A stretch of 64,000 nucleotides of DNA from an uncultured delta proteobacterium (GTDB taxonomy: Bacteria; Desulfobacterota; Binatia; UBA9968). Below the pieces are notes generated by a model. That model had not been told where the DNA came from, ran no database searches, and saw only the letters and a program-made list of their open reading frames with translations. How positions within the stretch are numbered: position 1 is the stretch's first letter; each line of letters starts with the position of its first letter. A program made the translations under genes and the position numbers. Shown in pieces: positions 1 to 9,661 of this stretch. The DNA lies in assembly GCA_963771465.1 (NCBI GenBank), contig CAVYTU010000017.1:480001-544000 (forward strand), written 5' to 3'.

Positions 1-1467
1 GTTGAGCAGATGGCGTACTTGATGCTCTTTCTTTTTCGTCGCGGGATACCAGGGAAACTCTTCCTTGAGGCCGAAACGGTCGATGACAATAGTTTTCTGG
101 TGACAAAACTTGCGAATCCCTTCGGCGCCATGACGGTAGCCAAAGCCACTATCCTTGCGGCCGCCCATGGGCGCGTCGGGAATGATGAAATTGACCAGGC
201 TGTCGTTGATGCAGACGGCGCCGCTTTGCAATTGCGCCGCGAGTTTTTCGGCGCTGACTTTATCGCCCGCATAGAGGCTGCTGCTCAGACCATAACGCGA
301 GTCGTTGGCGAGCCGCAGCGCCTCTGCGGCGTCGTTAACTTTCATGATCGGGATCACCGGGCCAAAGGTTTCCTCCGTCATAATGGTCATCGAGTGATCG
401 ATGTCGACCAGCACCGTAGGTTCGTAATAGAAGCCCGCGAACGTCGGATTGCGCCGGCCGCCGGTCAGCGCTTTGGCGCCGCCGGCGACAGCTGCGTCGA
501 CTTGCGCGGCGATGGTTTTCAATTGCGCCTCCGAGGTCAGGCAGCCGAGTTCGACTTCAGCAGTGCTTTTTCCCTGGCGAATGGCGCGCACTTTCTCGAC
601 GACCTTATCGACAAATGGCTGATAGACCGGCGCTTCGACGTAAACCCGTTCGATGGACGTGCAGATTTGCCCAGAGTTCATCAGCGCGCCCCAGACACAG
701 GCGCTGGCGGCGCGATTGAGATCGGCGTCTTTGAGAACGATCATCGGATCTTTGCCGCCGAGCTCCAGAGATACTGGAATCAAGCGCTCCGCCGCTCGTT
801 TCATGACTCGCTTGCCGGTTTCGACGCTGCCGGTGAACGCGATCATGTCGGCGTGGTCGATCAGCGCTTCGCCGGTCTCGCCGCGGCCGACGACAATTTG
901 CAGCAGATTCTCCGGAAAGCCCGCTTTGACGACTAACTCCGCGCCGAAGATAGCGGAGAGTGGAGTCAGCTCGGATGGCTTGATAACGACGGCGTTACCC
1001 GCCATCAGCGCGGGAATCGCTTCGCCGAGCGTCATAGCCAAGGGAAAATTCCACGGGCTGATGATGCCGATGACGCCGCGCGGTGAATAGCTGGAGATTA
1101 CTTTTTTGGCTTTGACCAAGGGGAAATGCGGCTTGATCCGCGTCGGTTGTAGATACGTTTCGGTTTTCTTCGCCCAGGTGCCGATGGCGTTACATAGATA
1201 AAAAAGTTCGTTGCCGTAAACTTCCGCTCGCGGCCGGCCAGTTTCAGCGGTCAGAATATCGGCGAGTTTATCGCCCTCATCGAGCAATAGGTCGCGCAAG
1301 CGATAGAGCAAATGCGCCCGCTCCGAGAATCGCGAGTGTTGCCAAACGCCTTGTGCGTGACGCCCGCGCTTGACGGCTGCCGCCACCTCGGCAGGCGATG
1401 CGATGGCGAGTTCCGCGACATTCTCTAACGTCGCAGGATTGCGAACTTGAATGGTTTGACTGTTCAC
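1..1467 (-). CDS. Aldehyde dehydrogenase family protein (3' end runs off the window)
   Basis: Manual translation of the minus strand from GTG 1467 gives ISPWNFP, IKPSELTP, FTGSVETG, LELGGKDP, NSGQICTS, EETFGP. It is absent from the ORF track because no stop lies in the window. Confidence 0.93.
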   Translation of the reverse strand, partial: MNSQTIQVRNPATLENVAELAIASPAEVAAAVKRGRHAQGVWQHSRFSERAHLLYRLRDLLLDEGDKLADILTAETGRPRAEVYGNELFYLCNAIGTWAKKTETYLQPTRIKPHFPLVKAKKVISSYSPRGVIGIISPWNFPLAMTLGEAIPALMAGNAVVIKPSELTPLSAIFGAELVVKAGFPENLLQIVVGRGETGEALIDHADMIAFTGSVETGKRVMKRAAERLIPVSLELGGKDPMIVLKDADLNRAASACVWGALMNSGQICTSIERVYVEAPVYQPFVDKVVEKVRAIRQGKSTAEVELGCLTSEAQLKTIAAQVDAAVAGGAKALTGGRRNPTFAGFYYEPTVLVDIDHSMTIMTEETFGPVIPIMKVNDAAEALRLANDSRYGLSSSLYAGDKVSAEKLAAQLQSGAVCINDSLVNFIIPDAPMGGRKDSGFGYRHGAEGIRKFCHQKTIVIDRFGLKEEFPWYPATKKKEHQVRHLLN

Positions 1468-1497
1468 CGTGAATAAATTTCTAGTTGGCCGCGCGCT

Positions 1498-2271
1498 TCA
1501 CACCATGGTCTGGCCGCCGCAGATATTCATCGCCTGCCCGGTGATGCCTCTGGCCGCGTCGGAGGCGACGTAACAAACCAGCTCGGCGATCTCGTCCGCG
1601 TCGAGAAACCTTCGGATTGGCACCGCCGCAATGGCCGCAGCTTTGAACTGCTCCGGTGTGATGCCTTGTGCGGCTGCGGTTTCATTGATGCCGAGTGCCG
1701 CCATTTCAGTGTCGACCCAACCGGGGCAAATCGTATTTACGGTGATGCCGCGGTGGACGACTTCTAAGGCGAGTGCGCGAGTAAAACCGATCATGCCGTG
1801 CTTGGTCGTGCAATAAGCGGTGTAGCCCGGCACGCCAAATTTTCCCAGCACCGAGGAAACGTTGATGATCCGGCCGCCCGAATTGTCCGGAATATGTTTC
1901 AGGACCGCTTTGCTGACGAGGTACATACCGTGCAAGTTGGTATTGACGATGTCATACCATTTTGAGTCGTCCTCGTCGTCGATTAAGCTCAGTCCTGAGA
2001 TGCCGGCGTTGTTCACTAGAATATGGAGCGCGCCCCATTTGGCTACGATCTCCTCGACACCTCGTTGGACCGCTGCCTTATCGCGGACGTCCATTTGTAC
2101 TGCAATCGCTGCCAGGCCAGCCGCGGTTAGCTCAGAAGCGACGGTCGCAATACGGCTTTGGCTGCGCGACGCAATCGCTACCGATACACCATTTTTGGCC
2201 AACTGGGCCGCAATGGCTTTACCTATGCCGGTTCCACCGCCGGTGACCAGGGCAACTTTGGGCTTGTGCAT
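1498..2271 (-). CDS. Short-chain dehydrogenase/reductase (ketoacyl reductase / 3-hydroxybutyrate dehydrogenase-like)
   Basis: TGGGTGIG, NNAG, YCTTK (YxxxK) and CPGWVDT motifs. Confidence 0.92.
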   Translation of the reverse strand: MHKPKVALVTGGGTGIGKAIAAQLAKNGVSVAIASRSQSRIATVASELTAAGLAAIAVQMDVRDKAAVQRGVEEIVAKWGALHILVNNAGISGLSLIDDEDDSKWYDIVNTNLHGMYLVSKAVLKHIPDNSGGRIINVSSVLGKFGVPGYTAYCTTKHGMIGFTRALALEVVHRGITVNTICPGWVDTEMAALGINETAAAQGITPEQFKAAAIAAVPIRRFLDADEIAELVCYVASDAARGITGQAMNICGGQTMV

Positions 2272-2387
2272 AGCTCTCTGTTTTCCTCAAAAACATCCGC
2301 ATAAGTAGCTGCTTTCAAATGCAAAGGCAAGGTTTTGGCCCAACCGAATTGGCAGCCCAAAATGACTTCGAGCGCAAGTGCGTGAAT

Positions 2388-2403
2388 TGGTATCGTAATT
2401 GCT
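2388..2403 (+). promoter_or_regulatory. Putative sigma54 (-24/-12) promoter of pilT-pilU
   Basis: TGGTATCGTAATTGCT matches TGGCACG-N4-TTGCW with exact GG/GC spacing, about 90 bp upstream of the pilT ATG. Confidence 0.55.
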
Positions 2404-2494
2404 GACCAAAATGGTCCGGGATGACAATTTTCTTTACAGCTTCCGGCCAGACATACTAAAATTCAGCAGATAGAAACAGGAGTAAATAGTAAAT

Positions 2495-3565
2495 ATGGAT
2501 ATTACCGAACTCTTGAGTTTTGGCGTGGAACAGGGGGCATCGGACTGCCACTTGAGCGCGGGCGAACCACCGATGATTCGTATCAACGGCGACCTAAAAA
2601 AACTTGATTACCCGCTTTTGACTCGAGAACAGGCTCACGCGCTCATCTACGACATCATGAATGACCTGCAACGAAAAAACTTTGAAGAATTTCACGAATG
2701 CGATTTTTCGTTCGAGTTGGGCGAGGTCGCGCGCTTTCGTGTCAACGTTTTCATGCAGCGCAAAGGCGAAGCGGCGGTATTTAGAACGATTCCAACGAAA
2801 ATTTTGACACTCGAAGAGTTAGGCATGCCGCCGCTCCTCAAACAGCTTTGCGAAAAAGAAAAGGGCTTGATCCTAGTGACCGGACCGACCGGCTCTGGTA
2901 AATCGACGACACTGGCGGCGATGATCGATTACCTAAACAGCAGCTTCGAAGGACATATTTTGACCGTCGAAGACCCCATCGAGTTCGTCCATCCATCGAA
3001 AAAATGTTTGGTCAATCAGCGCGAGCTTGGGCCGCACACCCATTCGTTCGCCAATGCGCTCAGAGCGGCGTTGCGCGAAGATCCCGATATCATTCTCGTC
3101 GGTGAAATGCGTGACCTGGAGACAATTCAGCTGGCGCTTTCGGCGGCTGAAACCGGCCATATTGTATTCGGCACATTGCATACATCGAGCGCGCCAAAGA
3201 CCGTCGATCGTATCATCGACGTTTTTCCACCGACGCAACAGGCGCAGATTCGCGCCCAGTTCGCCGAATCGGTGGAAGCGGTGATCACCCAAACACTGCT
3301 CAAGAAAAAAGCCGGCGGCCGAGTGGCGGCTCTGGAAATTCTAATAGGAACCACGGCGGTGCGTAACTTAATACGCGAAGGCAAGATTCACCAGATTCCC
3401 GGCACCATGCAGGTGAGTCAAAAAGACGGCATGCAAACCATGGATATGGCGCTGACCAACCTGGTCACTCGCGGCATAGTGACGCGCGAGGAGGCGCAAG
3501 CGAAAAGCATGAATCCGAATCTGTTCGGCGCTCCCGCAGCCGCAGCCGTGGGCGGCAGAGTCTAA
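2495..3565 (+). CDS. pilT: Type IV pilus retraction ATPase PilT
   Basis: MDITELL start, GPTGSGKSTT Walker A, EDPIE, LREDPDIILVGEMRD, GTLHT, AVRNLIRE and GMQT motifs. Confidence 0.96.
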   Translation: MDITELLSFGVEQGASDCHLSAGEPPMIRINGDLKKLDYPLLTREQAHALIYDIMNDLQRKNFEEFHECDFSFELGEVARFRVNVFMQRKGEAAVFRTIPTKILTLEELGMPPLLKQLCEKEKGLILVTGPTGSGKSTTLAAMIDYLNSSFEGHILTVEDPIEFVHPSKKCLVNQRELGPHTHSFANALRAALREDPDIILVGEMRDLETIQLALSAAETGHIVFGTLHTSSAPKTVDRIIDVFPPTQQAQIRAQFAESVEAVITQTLLKKKAGGRVAALEILIGTTAVRNLIREGKIHQIPGTMQVSQKDGMQTMDMALTNLVTRGIVTREEAQAKSMNPNLFGAPAAAAVGGRV

Positions 3566-3602
3566 ACATCGAGGAAACGGCAAAGCGCCGACGGAGTTCA
3601 TT

Positions 3603-4763
3603 GTGGAACTGCAAGAGTATTTCAAATTCATGGTCGAGACCGAGGCCTCGGATCTGTATCTGACGGTGGCGCGTCCGCCGATGTTTCGCATCGATGGCAA
3701 AATACAGCCCAGCGGCGATCACAAATTCACAGCTGACGAGCTGCGCGACGTCGCCCAGAGTATGATGAATGAAAAGCAGCAGCATGAATTCGCCGAAACC
3801 ATGGAAATGAACATGGCGACGTCGCTACCTGGCGTGGCACGATTTCGCGTGAATATTTTTCAGCAGCGGGGTTCGGTTGGGATGGTCATCCGGCGCATCA
3901 AGGTTGAAATCATGTCGCTGGAGGAAATGGGGCTGCCGGCCATTTTAAAAGACATTTCGATGGGAAAGCGCGGCTTGGTGTTAGTCGTCGGCGCCACTGG
4001 GTCGGGTAAGTCGACAACCCTGGCGGCGATGATCGATCATCGAAACTCCACCGAAGCCGGCCATATTATTACCATTGAAGATCCAATCGAGTTCGTGCAT
4101 CGGCATAAACAGTCGATCATCACCCAGAGGGAGGTCGGATTCGACACCCATTCGTTTCAAGCCGCGCTGAAAAATACTCTGCGTCAAGCGCCGGATGTGA
4201 TTCTGATCGGTGAAATTCGCGACACCGAGACGATGGAAGCGGCGATGACCTTCGCTGAAACCGGCCACTTGTGTCTTGGCACGCTGCATTCTAACAACGC
4301 CAACCAGGCGATCGAACGAATCATGAACTTCTTCCCGATTGAGCGCCACGCGCAAATCTATCTCCAGCTTTCACTAAATTTACGTTCGATTGTGGCACAG
4401 CGCTTGATCCCTACCGTCGACGGCAAGCGCGCCGCGGCCCTAGAAATCCTCCTTGATACGCCGCGCATCAAGGAGCTGATCAAGCGCGGCGAAGTCGATA
4501 TTTTGAAGGAAGGCATGGAGGCGGGGGTTCAGGAGGGCTGCCAGACCTTCGATCAGGCGTTGTTCGGCCTATACAAGGATGAAAAAATAGCCTTGGACCA
4601 AGCCCTTATTAACGCTGACAGTGCTAACAACCTCAGACTAAAAATCAAGCTCGCCGGTCTGAAAGTCGATGAAGAGCCTAAGGATGCTGCAGCGCCGGAG
4701 GCGCAAAAGTCAAAGCCTGAACCGCTGCAGGCTGCCGGCGGATTTCGTCTGCGAAAAGGATAG
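3603..4763 (+). CDS. pilU: Type IV pilus ATPase PilU
   Basis: GATGSGKSTT, LRQAPDVILIGEIRD, TLHSNNANQA, QTFDQAL and NADSANNLRL; directly after pilT. Confidence 0.93.
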   Translation: MELQEYFKFMVETEASDLYLTVARPPMFRIDGKIQPSGDHKFTADELRDVAQSMMNEKQQHEFAETMEMNMATSLPGVARFRVNIFQQRGSVGMVIRRIKVEIMSLEEMGLPAILKDISMGKRGLVLVVGATGSGKSTTLAAMIDHRNSTEAGHIITIEDPIEFVHRHKQSIITQREVGFDTHSFQAALKNTLRQAPDVILIGEIRDTETMEAAMTFAETGHLCLGTLHSNNANQAIERIMNFFPIERHAQIYLQLSLNLRSIVAQRLIPTVDGKRAAALEILLDTPRIKELIKRGEVDILKEGMEAGVQEGCQTFDQALFGLYKDEKIALDQALINADSANNLRLKIKLAGLKVDEEPKDAAAPEAQKSKPEPLQAAGGFRLRKG

Positions 4764-4988
4764 CGTTCCCTGTATTCTAAAGTCGGCAATCCACTGGCAG
4801 CACCACACCAACGTGCCGCTAAGGCTGTCTCTCAGCGCAGCCCGTTCGCGGCTGAAACCGCTTTCCAACCACGCCAAGTGACGTTAAAGCCGGACTCTTG
4901 CCAGCCTTCAGGACCAGGGAAGGCTAAACTAGCTGCGCGGTCACTTGACTTGCGAAGCTGGAAGTTCCGAACCCCCGCGGGAATTTAG

Positions 4989-5017
4989 TTGACAAACTGA
5001 TGGGTTATCAGTAAAAA
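4989..5017 (+). promoter_or_regulatory. Putative sigma70 promoter with a palindrome in the spacer
   Basis: TTGACA-17 bp-TAAAAA; the spacer contains ACTGAT-N5-ATCAGT. Confidence 0.5.
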
Positions 5018-5063
5018 GAAGTTATACTTCTAACCTAACCGTTAACAAGAGAGGGCACGACCA

Positions 5064-5666
5064 ATGTCGCTAGCTCAAAGCCAAATCGAAATTCCTAGAG
5101 GCCGGCCGATGAGTGAGGTGACCGGGTATGCGCAGATCCTACGAGCGATAGGGCAGGCCTTAGAAACGCTCAAGCTGCAGAGCTTCGAGGTCGAACCGGT
5201 CGAAGAGGGATTTTCAGTTCGCGGAAACATCGCTCTGGGTGATGACGCGATTGGCGATGGCGAGGTAAACCGTAGTCAATTGTGCGCGATCTGGGGCGAG
5301 TTACCAGTCCTTAAACGAGCGGCAGATGAGCCGGCGCGAATTGAAGGCTCGAGCACAACCACCACCGTGGAGCTTCGCTACACGATCAGAGATATAGAGC
5401 GCCTAGACTACGAAGGCCAATTGCGCCGGCTGGATCCGAATCGCGTTGCCGACGCGGGCAGTTTGTCGCAGATTCTCCGCTGCATCGGCGCATACCTCAA
5501 TCAAAAACGCGCACGTTTGCTCAAGCTCGCCCGCGAGGGCGAGGCAGTTTTGCTTGAGTATGAGACCTCTTTAGGCAGTCAGATGAAGGAAAGCTTTGCA
5601 CTATCAGATCTCTACGATTTGTGGGTCAGGATGTATATGCAGCGCGCCGGGCGCGTCAGTCAGTAG
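5064..5666 (+). CDS. Hypothetical protein, paralogue 1 of an unknown tandem family
   Basis: Shares LRxIGQALE, SQILRxIG and LYDxWxxMYxxR with the next two ORFs. Confidence 0.85.
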   Translation: MSLAQSQIEIPRGRPMSEVTGYAQILRAIGQALETLKLQSFEVEPVEEGFSVRGNIALGDDAIGDGEVNRSQLCAIWGELPVLKRAADEPARIEGSSTTTTVELRYTIRDIERLDYEGQLRRLDPNRVADAGSLSQILRCIGAYLNQKRARLLKLAREGEAVLLEYETSLGSQMKESFALSDLYDLWVRMYMQRAGRVSQ

Positions 5667-5690
5667 CCATTAGCACCATCCAATAATTTA

Positions 5691-6251
5691 TTGCAGCAGG
5701 GGGAGCGAGTGTTTGAAGAGTTGAGGTGTGCGGGTGTGCTCCGACCCATTGGGCAGGCACTGGAGAAATTGGGCATTGAATCGTTCTCGGTTTGGCCGGA
5801 CGGCAGCGGATTCATGGTTCGCGACCGAACCCGCAACCGGGGGCAAATCATAGCGGGGAGAAAAGCGTTATCGAGCGATCGGCAGGCGACTGAGCGAGCT
5901 TCTAAAACCATTGAAGATGTCCTTCGTTTGGCCGCGGGCACCGTTGAGTGGCGTCTAGACCGAAGCGATATTGAAAAACTTGAATCGGCAGGCCGCGAGC
6001 GACGATGTAACTCCAATCAGACGCCCGATCCGCACGCTACGTCTCAAGTTTTGCGCGCGACGGGAGAGATCGTTGACCAGCGGCTAGGCCGCCTGCTGAG
6101 AATTACTAAGGAAGGCCACATCGTCAATCTCAACTACCTGTCGTCGAGCGGACAAACAGTTTCGGACGATTATTCGCCCGCCACGCTTTACGATTTCTGG
6201 GTGCGTATGTATAAGAGGCGCTCAAGTATCGACTCCTCTGTCCTAGAGTGA
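5691..6251 (+). CDS. Hypothetical protein, paralogue 2 (start may be GTG 5709)
   Basis: LRPIGQALEKLGIESF, SQVLRATG and LYDFWVRMYKRR. Confidence 0.8.
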   Translation: MQQGERVFEELRCAGVLRPIGQALEKLGIESFSVWPDGSGFMVRDRTRNRGQIIAGRKALSSDRQATERASKTIEDVLRLAAGTVEWRLDRSDIEKLESAGRERRCNSNQTPDPHATSQVLRATGEIVDQRLGRLLRITKEGHIVNLNYLSSSGQTVSDDYSPATLYDFWVRMYKRRSSIDSSVLE

Positions 6252-6545
6252 ACGGCGGGAAGTAATTATTGCGGATTCCGGAGTTGGAGTAACTATGCGG
6301 GCCGTGGGAGGCGCGAACCTGGAATAGGAAGACAGCCAATGCTACGGATGCAAGTAATTTGTTTGGCTGGCAAGCCGTTCCAAGCTATGGGGATTGCTCT
6401 CTGGGCAGCGATGTCGGTTGCCTGATCACAGGCAGAAACCCATTGACTTAATACGAAGGATCGCGCGTACTCGCTGAATCAATTTCCAGCGCGCGGAATC
6501 CGGCATTATCGCCAGTTAGTTTTTAAACCTTGTCGTCGAGGTCCC

Positions 6546-7076
6546 ATGGCCCAAGAATTCAATCTTTCTCAATTGCTGCGGCCGGTCGGCCAGATGCTTG
6601 AGCCCCTTAACCTCGAGTCGTTTTCTCTACGGATTGACAGTGAAAAGGTTTCAATCCAGGGGCAAAAGCGAGTTGAACGTCAAGCTCCGCCAGCGCCGGA
6701 AATGTCGCTGCGAGTTGTCTGGCAAGCTTTGCGCCAGAAAAAGCCGGAGCCCCAGGAGGCGGCTAAACCTACCTCCGGAGTTATCGAACTCAATTATACT
6801 CGCGATGAGATCGCGCGCATGGATGACGAGGGGAAGTTGAAGCGGAAAGAAACGGGAGGTAGACCCGACGCCCATGCACTCTCACAAATTCTTCGCGCCG
6901 TGGGCGCCTACGTGGATCAGAAGCAGGGGAAATTTATAAGCGTGACCAAAGATGATCAGGAACTCCGAATCGAATATGAGTCCCTGTCGAAACAACCGAT
7001 GATTGAGTCGTTTACGGTTTCGTCCCTCTACGATTTCTGGATCAAAATGTATCTGCGGCGCCGCGAACGTTCCTAG
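6546..7076 (+). CDS. Hypothetical protein, paralogue 3
   Basis: LRPVGQMLEPLNLESF, SQILRAVG and LYDFWIKMYLRR; GAGG RBS. Confidence 0.85.
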   Translation: MAQEFNLSQLLRPVGQMLEPLNLESFSLRIDSEKVSIQGQKRVERQAPPAPEMSLRVVWQALRQKKPEPQEAAKPTSGVIELNYTRDEIARMDDEGKLKRKETGGRPDAHALSQILRAVGAYVDQKQGKFISVTKDDQELRIEYESLSKQPMIESFTVSSLYDFWIKMYLRRRERS

Positions 7077-7102
7077 CGTCCTTGCCGCGAGCCGCAGATA
7101 GC

Positions 7103-7859
7103 CTATTTATTCTTGCTTGAAAATAAGCCGAGCAGTTTGGCGATTGGATCGTAATATCGGTCGACGACCCGTTCCTTGAGCGGAATGATGGCGTTGTCGG
7201 TTATGTGAATATGCTCGGGGCAGACCTCGGTGCAGCATTTGGTAATGTTGCAGTAGCCTAATCCCGCCTTTTGTTTCATCAACTCCGTGCGATCGTTGGT
7301 GTCGAGGGGATGCATTTCCAGGGCAGCTAGCCGGACAAAGAAACGCGGTCCAGCGAAAGCGGGTTTGTTTTCATCATGGTCGCGGATGACATGGCAGACA
7401 TTTTGACAGAGGTAACACTCGATGCATTTGTGAAATTCTTGCACCCGATCGATGTCTTCCTGGTACATACGGCGGGTGCCGTCGGACATCCTTCGGTTTC
7501 GGCTTGAAAGCGGGAATCTCCTTGGCCTTTTGATAATTATACGACACGTCGGTGACTAGGTCGCGGATGATCGGAAACGTGCGCATCGGCGACACGGTGA
7601 TGGTTTCGCCAGCCTCGAAGGTGTTCATGCGGGTCATGCACATCAGCCGCGGTTTGCCATTGACCTCGGCACTGCAGGAGCCGCATTTGCCGGCTTTGCA
7701 GTTCCAGCGCACCGCGAGATCGCCGGCCTGTTTTGCTTGGATCGCGTGGATGACATCGAGCACCACTTGGCCTTCGCCGATGGCGATGCGATAGTCTTTG
7801 AATTCTCCGCCTTCGGCGTCGCCGCGCCACACCCGCATATTTACCAGTTGCTCAGCCAT
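7103..7859 (-). pseudogene. sdhB: Succinate dehydrogenase/fumarate reductase Fe-S subunit, split by a +1 frameshift near 7486 (possibly a sequence error)
   Basis: The N-half (CKAGKCGSC...C) and C-half (CIECYLC, CNITKCCTEVCP) lie in different frames. Removing one base at about 7486 gives ...KPKDADGTRRMYQED... Confidence 0.88.
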
Positions 7860-9661
7860 TAATTCTTCTCCTCCAGCAGTGCTTTTAAGTCGTCGGGCAT
7901 TTCCGGGAGTGGCTCCTGAGATAGGCTCATTTCACCGTCCTTGCGGCGGACGATGATATTGAGTTTTGCATATTTAGCATCGGTGTTGGGAAAGTCGTCG
8001 CGCGTGTGGCCGCCGCGGCTTTCTTTCCTCTCGATCGCCGCCAGGGTCGCCGCCTCGGAGAAATTCAAAAGCGAATGGAGATCGAGGGCGAGATGCCAGC
8101 CGGGGTTATAATGCCGATTGCCTGCAACTTTGACGTTGTTCGACCGCTCTTTTAATTGTTGAATAATCATCAGCGCCTGATTGAGTTCCGATTCCGTGCG
8201 AATGATGCCGACCAAATTCTGCATGCATTCCTGCAAATCGGCGTGGATCGTGTACGGGTTCTCGTTTCCCTTACTTTCGAAGGGTGCGAGCATCTCGCGG
8301 GCGTAGCCGTCGACCTGGTCGTTATCGAGTGACACCGTGGTGGTGACGGTTTTACAATATTCAGCGGCATAAAGCCCGGCGCGCCGGCCGAAAACCAACA
8401 AGTCGGAGAGCGAGTTGCCACCCAAGCGATTGGCGCCATGTAAGCCTGCGGCGACTTCGCCGGCGGCGAATAGCCCTGGGACGGTGGTCGCGGTCGTATC
8501 GGCGTCGACGCGCACGCCGCCCATCGAGTAATGACAGGTCGGCCCGACTTCCATCGGCTCGGCTGTGATATCGACGTCGGCAAGCTCTTTGAACTGGTGA
8601 TACATGGACGGCAAGCGGCGCCGGATGTAATCCGCTGGCCGGCGCGACGCGATATCTAAGAAGACGCCGCCGTGCGGTGTGCCGCGGCCGGCTTTGACTT
8701 CGGAATTGATCGCGCGGGCGACTTCATCGCGCGGCAGCAGGTCCGGCGTGCGCCGGTTGTTGCGCTTGTCGTCATACCAGCGCTCGGCTTCTTCAATGGT
8801 CTCGGCGGTCTCGGCTTTGAAAAAATCCGGGATGTAGTTGAACATGAAGCGTTCGTTTCTAGTATTTTTCAAAGTGCCGCCGTCACCGCGCACGCCTTCG
8901 GTGACTAGAATGCCGCGCACGCTCGGCGGCCAGACCATGCCGGTGGGATGGAACTGCATGAACTCCATGTCCATCAGATCGGCGCCGACATCCGACGCCA
9001 TGGTGACGCCGTCGCCGGTGTATTCCCACGAATTTGACGTGACCTTCCACGCCTTGCCGCCGCCGCCGGTGGCGAGCACCACGGCTTTGCATTTGAACAG
9101 AATAAACTTACCGCTCTCGCGCCAGTAACCGAAGGCGCCGCTGATCCGGCCAGCGTCGGTGAGTAGCCGCTGCAGGTTACACTCCATATAGACGTCGATG
9201 CCTTTATGCACCGCGTGCTGTTGCAGAGTCCGGATCATTTCCAAGCCGGTGCGGTCGCCGACGTGGGCGAGCCGGGCGTACCGGTGGCCGCCGAAGTCAC
9301 GCTGCAGGATCAAGCCTTCTTTTGTCCGGTCGAAAAGAGCGCCCCATTCCTCCAGTTCGAGCACGCGGTCGGGCGATTCTTGCGCATGGATTTGCGCCAT
9401 GCGCCAGTTATTCAAAAGTTTGCCGCCGCGCATGGTGTCGCGAAAGTGTACCTTCCAGTTATCTTCCGGGTAGACGTTGCCCATCGCCGCGGCGATGCCG
9501 CCTTCGGCCATCACCGTATGCGCTTTACCGAGAAGCGATTTGCAGACCAGAGCGGTTTTTGCGCCTTGGGCCGAGGCTTCGACCGCGGCGCGCAGACCGG
9601 CGCCGCCGGCGCCGACGACGACGACGTCGTATTCATGAGTTTCGTACTTCGCTTCAGCCAT
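7859..9661 (-). CDS. sdhA: Succinate dehydrogenase/fumarate reductase flavoprotein subunit
   Basis: GAGGAG, KAHTVMAEGG (covalent-FAD His), QFHPTG, TEGVRGDGG, HGANRLGGNSL and ESRGGH. Confidence 0.95.
   Translation of the reverse strand: MAEAKYETHEYDVVVVGAGGAGLRAAVEASAQGAKTALVCKSLLGKAHTVMAEGGIAAAMGNVYPEDNWKVHFRDTMRGGKLLNNWRMAQIHAQESPDRVLELEEWGALFDRTKEGLILQRDFGGHRYARLAHVGDRTGLEMIRTLQQHAVHKGIDVYMECNLQRLLTDAGRISGAFGYWRESGKFILFKCKAVVLATGGGGKAWKVTSNSWEYTGDGVTMASDVGADLMDMEFMQFHPTGMVWPPSVRGILVTEGVRGDGGTLKNTRNERFMFNYIPDFFKAETAETIEEAERWYDDKRNNRRTPDLLPRDEVARAINSEVKAGRGTPHGGVFLDIASRRPADYIRRRLPSMYHQFKELADVDITAEPMEVGPTCHYSMGGVRVDADTTATTVPGLFAAGEVAAGLHGANRLGGNSLSDLLVFGRRAGLYAAEYCKTVTTTVSLDNDQVDGYAREMLAPFESKGNENPYTIHADLQECMQNLVGIIRTESELNQALMIIQQLKERSNNVKVAGNRHYNPGWHLALDLHSLLNFSEAATLAAIERKESRGGHTRDDFPNTDAKYAKLNIIVRRKDGEMSLSQEPLPEMPDDLKALLEEKN

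Noticed and set aside
10-936. 308-aa plus-strand ORF
   Set aside because: Antisense shadow of the minus-strand aldehyde dehydrogenase, which has all family motifs.
4903-4925. AGCCTTC/GAAGGCT hairpin with superficial similarity to SRP RNA
   Set aside because: It lacks the conserved SRP domain IV loop and long stem; only a simple hairpin is supported.
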